From Dicyema japonicum (taxonomy: Eukaryota; Animalia; Dicyemida): 64,000 nt of DNA. The stretch covers positions 557,482 to 621,481 of the forward strand of contig RDEW01000019.1 in the NCBI GenBank assembly GCA_011109175.1. Direction: 5' to 3'. Position 1 is the first letter of the stretch. Each line of letters opens with the position of its first letter. Both the position numbers and the translations under genes were made by a program. Positions 23,765 through 36,860 of this stretch are shown here, one piece after another. The notes below the pieces were generated by a model. The model was not told the DNA's origin and did no database searches. It was given only the letters and a program-made list of their open reading frames with translations.

Positions 23765-24027
23765 GAGGATCATCTGTTTATAGCAGCAAATATAGAGTAC
23801 GATAATTAAAAAAATAAATATAAATAGAGACTATGTAATTAATATCAATAGATATCATATTAAAATAAAATATTAAATTTTAATTATATTGTTATATAAT
23901 GAATTTTAAGCTAACGTAATACATTACATCTCATTTAATTAATAAAAATATTCGACTAGGCAAATTTCCTAAAAGAATTGGTCCAATTATTTTGTTCTTT
24001 CAATTTTTGTCTCCGCTCGTCGGGGTT
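23765..24027 (+). repeat. Unit B copy 1
   Basis: AT-rich ~260 bp unit ending TATTCGACTAGGC...AATTGGTCCAATT...CAATTTTTGTCTCCGCTCGTCGGGGTT. Confidence 0.9.
23919..24027 (+). ncRNA. Candidate Sm-class small RNA (possible spliced-leader RNA) within unit B
   Basis: Sm-like AATTTTTG followed by hairpin CTCCG/CGGGG; upstream stem with variable loop; 5' boundary is a guess. Confidence 0.3.
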
Positions 24028-25057
24028 CTATATTTAACAAAAAAGTAAAATGTATATATTTTTTCAGCTATACTTTTTGCTGCTTCATCACGTTGATTTC
24101 AACAACTAATTGAGAATCATTAGAACCTAAATTGATGAGTGCAGAGAAAAAGAAAGTATTCATGACCGGTATCGGTACTCTTCAAGGGACTTACTTTCGC
24201 TCATTTTTGAAATTTATTGGAAACTGTTTTCAGGATGTTTTGAAAAATTTATGTTTTGCTTCCTAAATTTAGACGATAGATTTTGTGTCTGACGATGAGG
24301 AGTTTCTTAATTCAGATGTGGATAAAGCCAAAGATATTTTGATGAGATGGTCATTGATAATTAACTAAGAAAAAACTATCTAGGAGGGTTAATGAAAAGT
24401 TAGAATCCATAAAAGCTTAAAACAGAAAACAGGGACTTTGGAGAAAACTCAAAAGTCAAATATAGAATACATGCGATCAGTGAAAATATTTAAAAAAATA
24501 AAAATAATTTTTAAAAATGTTGCCATATAACATTGAAAATAGTAAAAATCGATTAAAAATGGCAAATTTAAAAGTGCATATTAGAGAATGTTTACAGTAT
24601 GTTCTTTCTCGTCACGATCTGAAATTTTTTTAGACATCAGTGACCCAATGTAGTTTATGTGTAGACACAAACATAGACATTTCTAAATTGCTGTTGGGTC
24701 CCTCAATAAGCACTGAATGATAACAGAAAATACGAAAGGCCAATTTGGATCATATAACTAGTTAGGATACTATTACCCTTTTTCGAATTTTGCTAAATGA
24801 CTTGCGAATAGAGACGCTATTGCTAGAGATTTTTCATAGAATGCTTTGGATTTCAATGTATGCTCATCTAGACCACTTCAAAAAACTGGGTATACAAATC
24901 ATAAAATGATTCTCCTCAACAAAAGCTACTTAACAACTATAAATCTCTATGTATCCGCAGTGAATGGATTGATAAGCGCCCACTTAATAAGAAAAATATT
25001 AGGAAATTTTAAAATAAGATTAATACTATAAGTTGGGTAGAGAATAGTCAAATTAGT

Positions 25058-26517
25058 CTAGTTAATCATATCTTTTAACCCGTTCATTAATTGAATAATG
25101 TTTTTTGACGAAGAAAGATCCCCATCATACTTCAAATATCCAGTTGAATATGCCATAATTGGATCAAATTTCCCACTTAAGATCTTTCCGAATATTTCAG
25201 AAGATCCAATTAGCGTAGTCCACAAGATTCGTTGGTTTGAATAAACTGTGGATTGTCGGCAGAAAAATCGACAGTCCAAATTTGGTTCAAGTCTTTCAAT
25301 TAGAATTTAAAATACCAGTTATATTAATACTAAACTTTATATCGGTCCCTTTTAATTCAGGTAGAATCTTATTGAGCTTTCCAAACAATATGTCCACATA
25401 AAATGAAGAAAAATTTATTTGTCTAGAAGGATCTCCAAGAAATAGATCTTCCATTAAAGTGGGTTCTGATGAAATATTACATAAGAATGACTTTCAACAT
25501 AATTATAGACTGAAAAGTCGGTTATTCCACTCTCCCGCAACAAATCTTCATCAATGCAGAAATTCTTTGTGAAAAGTTTGCTATCCTTCTTAATAATCTC
25601 GTAAGCAGCATCGGCCATAATCTCAGGTTTTCTGGAATATGAATATATTTTATCGTCTCCGTTCATCAGCATGTCCAAGGCGGCGGTTTTAATCACTAAA
25701 ATATCAAATGACCTGTACCAGTCTTGGGCCACAATGTGTTGAAAGCAACTCCTTTATCCCTATAATCCTCAGCAAGCCCGGCAATCATCTGTGACATGGC
25801 AGCCTTACTGATCGTATAAACTAAAATAAACCATGTGTATAAACCTGGGTGATTATTAAACCAATTAATGTCGAGCGGAAGTGGGGGACTCAAATTTAAG
25901 ACATGTGGATTTGACGAATTCAGCAAATATTGAATGCAGTTTTTAATACTGTAATATTAAATATTTTGTTTTTAATAATTAATAAATTTATAAAAAAATA
26001 ATTAAATAATAAACCATAGTAATGTTCCACGAATGTTGATGTTTAGCATCAAATCTAAGTTTTTCGTCTTGAGATTTTCAATATTATTCATGGAAATTGC
26101 ACTTGCGTTGTTTATAAGAAAGTCGATGCCTCCAAATCTTTCTGCTGCAGTTTGCATGGCATTTTTAATCTTGAAAATAATAATTATGATTAAAAATAAT
26201 TTTATTTAAATATTTAAAATAATAAATATTTATAACAACCGCTTTGTCGTTGCGAATATCAAGTTCGCATGCGAATGCACTTCCTCCTTCCTTTTGAACT
26301 GAAATTGAAAAAATTCGATACTTTCTTCGACCGCGGAATAAATTGTTCCAGGTAGAGTTGGGTGAGGAGTAACTGTTTTTGCGGCAATGACAACATTCGC
26401 ACCATTTTGGGCTAGTTTATAAGCAATGGCTTTGCCAATTCCACGGCTTCCACCTGTTATAAATGCGGTCCTTCCAGCTAGTGACCTAAATATATAATCC
26501 TATTAAATAACCAACAT
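25058..26517 (-). CDS. HSDL2: Hydroxysteroid dehydrogenase-like protein 2 (SDR plus C-terminal SCP2 domain)
   Basis: [68 protein letters not shown], and SCP2-like [22 protein letters not shown]; introns mostly 23-30 nt. Confidence 0.93.
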
Positions 26518-26679
26518 CAACACTTTCGGAAATTTATTTATTTAAATATTAATTTTGAATTAATTTAATTTTTGTGAACGATTTAGTTAATCTTAAAAAA
26601 TAAGTTTTAAAAAATTATATACGTAAAATTTATTAAAAATAAGTTTTAAATAATTATATACGTAAAGAGCTTCCAAAAT

Positions 26680-26915
26680 CACGGAACGCTGGATTCCTGG
26701 AGAACTCCAACCACCATTGACTCTAGAATCCATGATAAGAATGAACCACGGAACGCGCCGTCGTGACTGCGAAGGTCCAGTCACTCGACCGATACGTGCT
26801 TTTGTGGGGACTAGGGAGGAGCATCGGGCCAAGATGAGTTCCCTGCTAGAGCGTGCTGGGATCACGTGATTAGTTAATTTTTTGTAACCGTTGTCTCTGG
26901 TGTTATTATTATTAT
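26680..26915 (+). mobile_element. 3' end of family J LINE
   Basis: RPIRAFVGTREEHRAKMSSLLERAGIT* plus (TTA)n tail. Confidence 0.75.
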
Positions 26916-27189
26916 CACGAGATTAAGACGATTGGTCTAACTACGACCGGAAATACAGAACATAGTTATCATAACTGCTGTTTACTTAAATTAAGTGTGT
27001 GTCCTGCCTGAGCGTAGCTATAGCTAATATGGCTCTTCGTAAAAGTGCAGTAATCACCATTACAACCAATGCGGTTTTCCGAAAGATTTTCCGTTATCAA
27101 TATAATAAAATCATGTAATCAGCACTGTACTTGTTTTGCCGGGGGCGTCTACCAAAAGTTGTACCTAACTTAACGTTTGTTTTGGGTAG

Positions 27190-27770
27190 CTTTCTCGATG
27201 ATAAATGCGTTCGGATCGGAATCTCAAAACAACACAAATTGAAAGTCTGGGTGCCGCATTCTTGCCGATGTGGTGATCAGATTGACTGATTTGGCCTGCA
27301 ACTACTTATCTGCAAGAGAAGTGTGGGCAGATCTCACAGACACATGGCCCTGAACGAAGTCGTTAAACGAGCTTTTGGACGCCCTTCTAAGCTCAAACCA
27401 ACCGGTTTATAGAAAACGATCGGATGGGATGACATCTTACCTTTGAATCCTGGAAGCCTCTTGTCTACTACGTCTGCTGCACCGCTACATTCGCCCCCTA
27501 GCAGCATATATCAAAGTGCCTCTAAAGCCTGCTCTGCAACCGAGAAGGCTGAGAGATCAAAGAAAGCAAAAGACGCTGTTCTATCTGAGGATGTTTTGTT
27601 TGTTCTGCTTGCAGTTAAACATCCAGTTCCTTGTGACTTCACGTTCGAATACCTGGTTGTCAGCGAATCGGATTTCTATACGCATTGGAAATCTGCTGAC
27701 AATTTGTGCGAATCTCGTTCACAACTCTTTCCTATATCAGGTTTGTTACATTAAATTTTCAACTAAGTGG
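27190..27770 (+). mobile_element. CRE-like non-LTR retrotransposon, CCHC and RLE domain remnant
   Basis: CRCGDQID.FG....CKRSVGRSHRHMALNEVVKRA, then EKAERSKKAK...LFVLLAV. Confidence 0.7.
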
Positions 27771-27924
27771 AATCAAGTGGAGATTAAGAGAAAAATCTCA
27801 GACATCACAAAAATATTAATGATATTAATTCATTAAAATTTAATGCAAAAATATTAAATATAAAAACAATAGTTAAAATATATAATATTTTTATAATTTA
27901 AGCGGAACGCACTTAAGTTGTAGC

Positions 27925-27946
27925 GGGGCGCGGTTGAGAATTACTG
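27925..27946 (-). mobile_element. hAT-like terminal sequence (right end)
   Basis: Reverse complement CAGTAATTCTCAACCGCGCCCC resembles CAGTGTTCCTCAACGCGCCCCC at 30153; the two ends point away from each other. Confidence 0.4.
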
Positions 27947-28049
27947 AGTTAAATGGCATAGCATTATAGTCATGCTCATAGGTTTTGACGTTTGCTAGAT
28001 TTCCTTTTCTCATTAGTTAAGCCAGGGATCCAAACGCCGGGTCCCTAAA

Positions 28050-29450
28050 ATCCAGACTAACAGTTGACCCAAAAAGTCCTTTCTTGTTAATAAATTGTTC
28101 TTTTTCTATCTTCTATGCCTGAATCCAGTCGATGGAAATTTAGTGATCCCGGTTCTACTGTATCGCGTAACATAATAAATGAGGTTCATATCCTTGGAAG
28201 CAAAAAACTTCGGGAATTGTCTAAGAATTCTTTCATGATTATGATTACTGGCGTACTTCGCTCCATTCGTAGAAAATGACCATATAGTTCCCAGCGCGTC
28301 CCTAAGATCAAGGTACTCAAAAATGTAGAGGAGGATGTTTTGTGTAAAATTTCACTCCTTACACGATTTGGTTACTTTAACTCCAAGAGAGACCTAAGTT
28401 ACTTTCTATGAATAGGGTCGAGTCTTTGTCGGTCGGTTTTCGAGATTCCTCATGTTCCAGAGTTGTAAAGATCGGTTTCACCAAAGCCTCACAATTACAG
28501 GCGGAGTGATAGCAGACTGGCCGTCTTTAGATCCATCCTTTCATAAATTTTCACATGGTTGCAATTTCCTTTTCTTAATGTCTTCTAATTACCCGAAAAG
28601 CGAGCTAAGCTATATATTATTCCTCTAGTTTTCGGTACTGCGTGATTCCATCTGCTTTTCTCGACAATATCTGTTTTTGAAGTGTTCATTGAAGAGGCTA
28701 TTTGGCCAGTCGGTTTGGTACTACCTATTGGAGACATCGAAGTTCTTCATGTTATTTGAAACACAGTCGACATCATCGGCGTAAATAATTTCCATAATCG
28801 CTGTTATATTTCCGGGGATCTCGTAGAATCGATTCAAGGTATACAGTGAACAATAAGGGAGAGAGTCTTCATAAATGTGCCTAAGTGTCACAATTTTTCA
28901 CGACATACAGGTTTCTACACGCACACGGACCCGTGTTTAATTAGGGTAGCTTTATTCATGTTACGGAGTCCTAATCCAGAAAACTTTACAGCGCTTTAAT
29001 GAGTAATTCTCGACAGAGTCAAAAGCTCTGATGAGATCAACTCCAAAATAGTCTTTGAACTTCGGGATCTTTGCTGAATAGTACATGCATTTATGGCACT
29101 ATCAGACAGTCCTGAAACGCTTTGGCTTTGGGCCAATTGGAGAAGAATGTACTGAAGTTCAGAAGACTGATATACGCCCAAAAACGTCAACAATTACCAA
29201 GCAATTGACATGAGTCGAAGGAGACTTCAGATTCTAAGCCTGATACGTATTTATTGAGGCCAAGTTGTATGCTCGTTGTAAACGTACTTTTATTGAGGAG
29301 TTACGGACGAATCAATTAATTAACCATTCTTCAAGACCCCGTACAAAGAAAATTCAGACAGTCCTGAAACGCTTTGGCTTTGGGGCAAATAGCTATCTTG
29401 ATAGATTAAGTACGATCAAGGAACTTCCACAGGTTTTTATTATTTTTAAG
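28050..29450 (-). mobile_element. RTE LINE RT, decayed
   Basis: GVDLIRAFDSV and IIYADDVDCVS motifs; contains a 31-bp exact internal direct repeat (29102, 29354). Confidence 0.75.
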
Positions 29451-29699
29451 CTCAGGATTATAATCTTGGTAAACCCAGCACAAACAGTCATTACTATTTA
29501 ATCCAAGGAAGAAACCCAAAGGAGAACATCTGCTTGTGCTACCAGATCCATCTTCCAATGATATTGTTAAAGGGTTCAGCTTCAGAAGATGGTGGAGAAC
29601 TAGGTCCGCCCTCTTCCAGTTTCGTCACACATTCATTCTTCGGTGAAAGAGTAATCTTCACCAGAAAATTTGATCAAGAAGAAAGTTAAAAGGAAATCA

Positions 29700-29931
29700 T
29701 ACGATAATTAAAAAAATAAATATAAATAGAGACTATGTAATTAATATCAATAGATATCATATTAAAATAAAATATTAAACTTTAATTATATTGTTATATA
29801 ATGGATTTTAAGCTAACATAATACATTACATCTCATTTAATAAATGAATTTATTCGACTTGGCTTTTTTCCCAACCGGAATTGGTCCAATTATTTGATTC
29901 TTTTCAGTTTTTGTCTCCGCTAGTCGGGGTT
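29700..29931 (+). repeat. Unit B copy 2
   Basis: Colinear with copy 1; ends CAGTTTTTGTCTCCGCTAGTCGGGGTT. Confidence 0.9.
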
Positions 29932-30152
29932 TTTAATTTTTCAACAATCTAAAGCGCATGCCATTATTATTTTGGTTATAGTTGAATAACTGTATATAAT
30001 GATTTAAATGGAGAAAAACCTATTTGATAAATATCATTATCGTGTTCTATTTGATTACATTTTTAACCTTTAAAGGAAAAATTGTCGCATGAATAAAAAC
30101 GTATATGTGTTTTATCACAATAACTTGGAAGTATGGAATTCAGAGTCTAAAT

Positions 30153-30174
30153 CAGTGTTCCTCAACGCGCCCCC
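30153..30174 (+). mobile_element. hAT-like terminal sequence (left end)
   Basis: CAGTGTTCCTCAAC resembles hAT TIRs. Confidence 0.4.
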
Positions 30175-31419
30175 GTAGATTTTCGAATCAATTGTAGATA
30201 AATTACAATTGTCGTTTCCTACAGTAAATGTTTTACGGATTGTAAAGGATATAACAGACTCTCTGAATTGCAACCACCTGCGCCCGAAAGATTGAAAAAA
30301 TTATAAAATGATTCAATTGATGGTCTTAATGTACAAAGAACAATCAATTTTCACTTATGATAGATAATCATTGTGTGTTTTCCTACTTTTATCAACCTTG
30401 ATCGATCGGACAGTAAAACCAATGGTACTGCAATACATTGGAATAAACCATTGCAAAAAATTAATCTCTTCGGCATGAATACAGAATTTGTGGTAATCGT
30501 TTTTATAGGTTATAGCACTGGAGGCTTAGACTAATCTTAATACAAAGAATTGCGAATAAACTTAGATATGATTCGACGACAAAGTTAGACATATGATTAT
30601 AATGGAATTGATTAATGCAAGTTTAAAGAAAGTTTTGATAACTCCATTAGAAATCTGGAGAGCTGTAGTTAAAAAATTAACTAACACGAATCTTCTGGTA
30701 AATTTACTCCATTTGAGTGGATTTTTGCTACTTTATGATTTTAAAATATTAATGATTCTAACTAAAAATTACACCGTTAACTCAAAAAATCTGAATTATC
30801 CTGTACTAATTTTTATTTTAATTGATTCTAGTAAAGTTACACGTACGGTGGAGTTCACGTACGGATGACAATATTTATGAAGAGACGAATTTTTTATTGA
30901 TATATGAACGGTGACTTTTGGTAGACTCATTTGTTAGATAAATAAACTGCCAGTATCGAAGAATTGAACTAAATTATTCGAATACTAAAGTTAATTTCTA
31001 AGTTAAAAACTAAATTTTAGAAAATTAAAAAATCAATTCGTAATGATTTTCATCACTTTAGTGAAGGGTTATGATCTTGAAAAAAGTGCGACTAGATATA
31101 ACTCATAGCCTCTTTCCAAAATATCAGGATTTACTAAATAAATAATTATCTGTTGGTCTATTAGTCAATTTATCTTAATGTTGTGTTGGTCCACTATGCC
31201 ATAACTCTACCACATTTACTTTATTCTTAAAATAGATGTAATCCCTATTTTTTGTCTTAATAGACAAAATATAAAACTGACGACTTAAAATAAAGAAACA
31301 TTTGATCTACCATTTTCTGGGTTTAAATCTAGTCAGATCCAAATTTAGAAACTTGTTTTTTTCACTTTGATAGGAAAAGGAAATTAAGTTAATTATTATC
31401 GAATTTCCTTCTGGAGCTT

Positions 31420-31700
31420 GTTTGGCCGATGAGAAGACCGAGAGGGGGAAACGGGCAAAAAACGTGGTCCTACTGAAGGGTTTTGTGTTTGTTCCACTTG
31501 CCGTTGAGACGTCTATTCCCTTGTACCTTCGACGCTGGAATTCTTGAGTCGTCTAGTAAATCGGATTTCTACATGATCGGAGATCCCCATGATCACTGCT
31601 GAGTATTTCAGCTTCTCTGCTTGCCATCCTTAGTGGGAATATCCACGTGTCAGGGCGGCCTCTATTTCACATTTACTCTCTTTTCTTTCCTAATAAAATT
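31420..31700 (+). mobile_element. CRE-like RLE 3' end
   Basis: FVFVPLAVET ... AILSGNIHVS, a decayed form of the AIQRGNA motif. Confidence 0.55.
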
Positions 31701-31899
31701 AATTTTTATATAGTCAAAGTGATTAATCCTGTAGAATTGTAACACTGGTTTTTTTAGGGAGCCGATCACTACGAACATTCTCTATGTTCTTTGATGATAG
31801 ATGTTAAATTATGACACGTGAGATTGAGATATTATAAGAAATAAAGAAGGAACAATTTGCTTGTATTTGATACTGTTTTACATGTGATATTTTTAGAAG

Positions 31900-32750
31900 C
31901 ATATTTACTTACAGATATTTAGGTGGATATCGTTTTCCATAAAATAATGAAATATCAATGGAATTCATATTTACGAAAATTCAAGTATTTATTCATGAGT
32001 CACTGTTTGGGAAATATATTTCAAGTGAATGTAAATAAAAGATTCTAGCATCCCCTATGAATTCTACTTTTGAATATTTGATAACTAATCTTTGATATGA
32101 ATATTTATCTTATCAACCTTAATATAAATACATAAACGAACTGAGAAATGATACAATCAATTACTATCGTCAGACAGTGTAGTTAAAGAAACAAAAAGAA
32201 GGAAATATCACTGACAGTTTTCTTCAGTCTGATTTTGTAAAAATATCATTAGTGTTCGGTCCCAGTACAATAAAACTTATTGAAATGATTGGGCATCGTG
32301 CAGGATCACGGAAGGGGAATCTAAAACGAGAGATTGGTTTTGGGTTCGCGATAATGTTGAGTTCATCCTTCTCGATGTCTACAAATTATGCTTCGACGGA
32401 GCTAGTATTTATCAAATACACAACTTTGATGAAATTCACTGAAAAAATTTTTATATTGGTTTATTGAATTAATTCATATTATATGATATCACACTTGACA
32501 GTTTATGTGTAAAATTGCATTATAGAGTTCTTCAAGTGATGTGTGGCATTTTACATGCCATTCTTTATAATACAATTCTGCACGAAAATAACAAAAATTC
32601 TTGTGTGAATTATGTAATATACTGAAATTTGTTATTTTCAATAATATTTGGAGTATTCTACATACCTCTGATTATTATAGGTATTTTATCAGATTACAAG
32701 CCACATTGAACGTAAATCATATTTCACGGTTCCTAAACAGTAATTTGTCC
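31900..32750 (+). mobile_element. Possible decayed hAT transposase
   Basis: LCFDGAS and WHFTCHS, resembling the hAT DGA and CxxH motifs. Confidence 0.3.
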
Positions 32751-33599
32751 TGACTTCGAAATAACTATTTCTAAAGAAAGGAAATATATTGAACAAACCT
32801 CATCTCAAAAATATAAATTAATATGGACAAATGAGTGATTATTAACCGAACGAAATCAATTACTTTCAATTCTTTTATTATTTCTCGCGTTTCTCGCTTT
32901 AGTAACCAATTCCAACACTTTCAATTATTTTAATATTTCTCGCTTTTGTAACGAAATCAAATACTTTCAATTCTTTTATTATTTTTTCAGGTAACATATT
33001 TTGGCATTTTACTGCAAGATTTTTATATTTGTATAAGTTGACCTATTCAAACTAGTAATCCGTTCAGAATTTTCCTTCCCAGATTGTTTTCATAAAATTG
33101 TCAGATCAAATCATTTTATGAAAATGTGCACTTTAACATCCAATTTTTAATATTTTGACAATTTTATGATATTAATTACTCGATTTAAATTTGTTCTTAT
33201 AGCTTTAGGATCAATTTTCATTAGTATTTAATTCCGTTCCGCAGTATAGTGGAAAAACTGAGAGTACGATAAAGTTCTATTGCGAAAAATACCGAATTAT
33301 GGCGCTTTTTATCAGCCATTTCGTCGCTGCGTCTTCACAAATTTTTATAATGCCATCAATTAAATGGCCTGTAGTTATTTTGATACATAGATAAACAAAT
33401 TTTCGAATAAAATTATACCCCAGAAAAACTCTCAATTATTTTTTTACATCAACGAATTAAAAAAATATAAATCAACAGCTACGCAGCCAACTTCCTCAGA
33501 TGATCAGAATTATTTTTTCTATAACTGATAGTGGCACCTTGATTGAGGAGTTAAGAAGATCCGCGTTTTCAACCGACCCTCTGATGGCTCACTATTAAA

Positions 33600-36072
33600 A
33601 AAATCCTGAAGGATCATGTTTCTTTAGTAGCATATATAGGTACAATAATTAAAGAAATAAGATGATATTCTTTGCTCGATCTTAGTATTAATATATCGAT
33701 TTCCTGGAAACGTGTTTCGACACATGTCGAAATAATTAATGCCATTGGCGAAGGCCACGATCAATATGAAGTCGGAGGCTACATCACTAATACGATGTGG
33801 CTTCTACATCGGAACAAACAAGATTTCTTGTGAATGGATGCGAAGAGGACCACCAATCTGCTACAGCTGTCAGCAAATCGGCCACTTTGCATACCAGTGC
33901 ACGGAAAGAAAAAATGCTTCCGTTGCGCGGAGAACACGACACCACCTAGTGTGATGCGGATCCAACTCTTGAACGAAAATGTGTTAACTGCGGGTCAACA
34001 AAACACGACGCAAGATTCGAAGGATGCCCTGTATTCATGGAGGCCAGACGAAAGTTAAACTCCCGAATCGACAACAGGGAACCAAAACAGACGAATATTA
34101 TAATCAAGAAATTGGAACTGCCAGCCCAAAAAAGGGTAATTGGCCAAGAACTAACAAGTACGAAGCTGCACCTCTTCACGAGAGTCGGCCTGGCTACTGA
34201 AGGAAAAGTTATCAGGGAGTAATACAAAAGAACTAAAGGAAATAATATCAAGACTATATGAGCTAAACGGCATACTCGGGGTGGATTTACGCAGTATGAT
34301 GGACCTGGCATGGAGAGCCCGGGCCACCAACAAGAAAATTGAAAAGATTCTTGAAGATAGTGCTGGTGAACGCCCGATTCCTAAAGAAGAGGCGTCATGA
34401 CCTGGCACTACTACTATCGTCCACCTAGATTGACATCCTGGTGGTCTACAAGACCAAGGTGAAAAAGACCAACACCACAATTCTACAGAGATACAATTCT
34501 ATAGAAATTCCATGGGTGTTAGGTGCAGAAGCTGGTACTGGAACCACATTGTTCTACAGTAAAGTTATACAGATACGTGAGCCAAAAAATATTCTGAATA
34601 CACACAGTAGAATTCGCTTCCGTCGAGGTGAGATGCTGTGGCCGTTGGATACACGTCAATGGAATGTATTCAAAAGACCTTAGAAAATGCTCCACAGAAA
34701 TTGAATAATTCCTCACAAAAACGATATGTCTATCCTAGTGGGTGATCTAAATGCCAAGAACATTAAATATGGGTGCCTCGGAACTAACGAGGTTGGAATC
34801 AGACTAAGAAAATTGAGTGATAAGACTGGTTTTGAGATTTTGACAACGGAAAATCCGAATCATTACTCGCACTACGGGGAGGCATGCTTATGGTGTTCCT
34901 GGTGTCCCCGCTGCTCTACACTTATGTAGAGAAGCCGATGATCACGTGGGACATCGGGAGTGACCATATACCCAAGAGATGTTATTGAACCTAGCTCCAG
35001 ACTACATGGACTCTGTGTTTACAGGTTACGACCTAACAAGAGTAAATTGGAACACTATAGAAGATACATATCTAGAAACCTCAAAAACTGGAAGGATGGA
35101 CCTTATTCCCGAAATGATATTGATAACATAGGGACCTCTCAATTATGATGGAGAGATACTTATCACTTTACGCAAGGAGGAAAACTTCTAACACCAATCA
35201 TGGGAAGAGTCAATCTCTCCCCTCATACATTATCTATGATTAATGAAAAAACCGCATAAGGAACAAACTCTGAAGATGTGTTGAATGGATGGACCGATTG
35301 CACTGACCGACCATCTAAAAATAATCAAAAAAATCATTGAAGAGGGAACAAGACTGTCCAAATACAACATTTGAGGAACGAGGCAAAAACTAAATACGAA
35401 AGACCAGTTCTCGTTAGGAAGGTTCTACAAGAGATTAACTGGCCAGAACATGAAGGATACAAAAATCTCTTTGACCAAACCAGAAAGAGGATCATGCTCT
35501 ATGGAAGAAGCTCCAGCTATCTTTAAGAAGTAACTGGAGAAATCCAGGGGGTCAACCCAATGGAGCTACTCCCAGGGGAAAAGTTGAAAGCTACAGAAGA
35601 ACTCCTAACGTACTCCCTGGATGATATTAATGATACCGAAATAGAGATAACGACAGAGGACGTTATAAATGCAATCAAAACATGCAAGACCAACGCCCCT
35701 GGACATGATCATATAAGTATGAGATTGTTCAAGGAAGGGCCGGATGATCTGGTGTTTGTGCTGAGGAATCTAATTATTGCGAGTATTACTCATGGATATA
35801 TCCCTATACGATGGAAATGTTCTATTATCAGAATGGTACTCAAACCGGGAAAGTCGGGAGGAACCCTCTCAACTATAGACCGATCAGCCTCATTTGTTCT
35901 ATATCCAAGATTGCTGAGCGAATTATCTTCAAGATGCTGAACGAGCACATAGAAGAGAGCTGCATCTACCAGATGCACTCGACGGTATTGAAAGGTCTGG
36001 AATTCAAGAGACAAGTCAACCTAGTATGTCTGGATCTGTCTAAAGCTTTTGATAGCGTGTGGCATGAAGCTC
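33600..36072 (+). mobile_element. Jockey-like LINE: gag-like ORF1, APE and 5' RT; truncated at unit B copy 3
   Basis: CYSCQQIGHFAYQC zinc knuckle; LVGDLNAK (APE); NAPGHDHI, NYRPISLICSISK and DLSKAFDSVWHEAL (RT). Confidence 0.85.
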
Positions 36073-36074
36073 TC

Positions 36075-36337
36075 GAGGATCATCTGTTTATAGCAACAAA
36101 TATAGAGTACGAAATATTAAAAAAATAAATATAAATAAAGACTATGTAATTAATATCAATGCATATCATATTAAATAAAATATTAAATTTTAATTATATC
36201 GTTATATAATGAATTTTAAGCTAACGTAATACATTACATCTCATTTAATTAATAAGCATATTCGACTAGGCTATTTCCTTACAGAAATTGGTCCAATTAT
36301 TTTGTTCTTTCAATTTTTTTCTCCGCTAGTCGGGGTT
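36075..36337 (+). repeat. Unit B copy 3
   Basis: Shares GAGGATCATCTGTTTATAGC start and downstream flank with copy 1. Confidence 0.9.
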
Positions 36338-36479
36338 CTAAATTATATAAATTAAAAACTGAAAATTTATAAATTTTTTTCAGCTATACTTAATGCAGTT
36401 TTTCAACGTTGATTCAACAACTAAAGATGTACGTCTACACTTTTACAAACATTGATTAACTTTATTTTTGATGGATTTA

Positions 36480-36860
36480 TAAATATACCTAAGTTTTCAA
36501 TAAAATGCTTCCTCAATTGATATGCATGAGTTTTCGCTCTGTTTCTAGAAATATACTATTCAGGAAAATCTTTCAATCGGAGATCCCAAGGAATCTCAAA
36601 CTTTGGATCATAAACTTCATAAGTGGATGAAGGAACGTATGCATAGGAAGTCTGAAATCCGTCTCACGTCTACTCACTAATTGTGTCCAACAAATATCTC
36701 CGTTATCCATGCGCGATTTAACCTTTTTCTGGTCTATTTCCTGACTCTGAAATCCGAAGTTTATGCAGACGATATTGTTTTAACTTCACGTTCTCTAGAC
36801 ATTCAGAAGGCCACGGAAAAAATGAAAATTTACATTAACTGAGTTAATGCTTCACTAACT
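36480..36860 (+). mobile_element. Family J RT fragment
   Basis: IPRNLKLWIINFISG and YADDIVLTS. Confidence 0.65.

Noticed and set aside
23919-23932. ATACATTAC in unit B as a divergent U1 snRNA 5' end
   Set aside because: No U1-70K or U1A loop motifs, and the unit is too short and lacks U1 architecture.
27925-30174. The two hAT-like termini as one element enclosing an RTE and unit B copy 2
   Set aside because: They point outward, so they cannot be the paired TIRs of the intervening DNA.
32860-32990. Degenerate ~45-50 bp tandem units (similar two-unit repeats at 23676-23760, 26594-26665 and 63590-63680) as CRISPR-like or coding repeats
   Set aside because: No spacers, eukaryotic context and no sustained ORF; ordinary local duplications.
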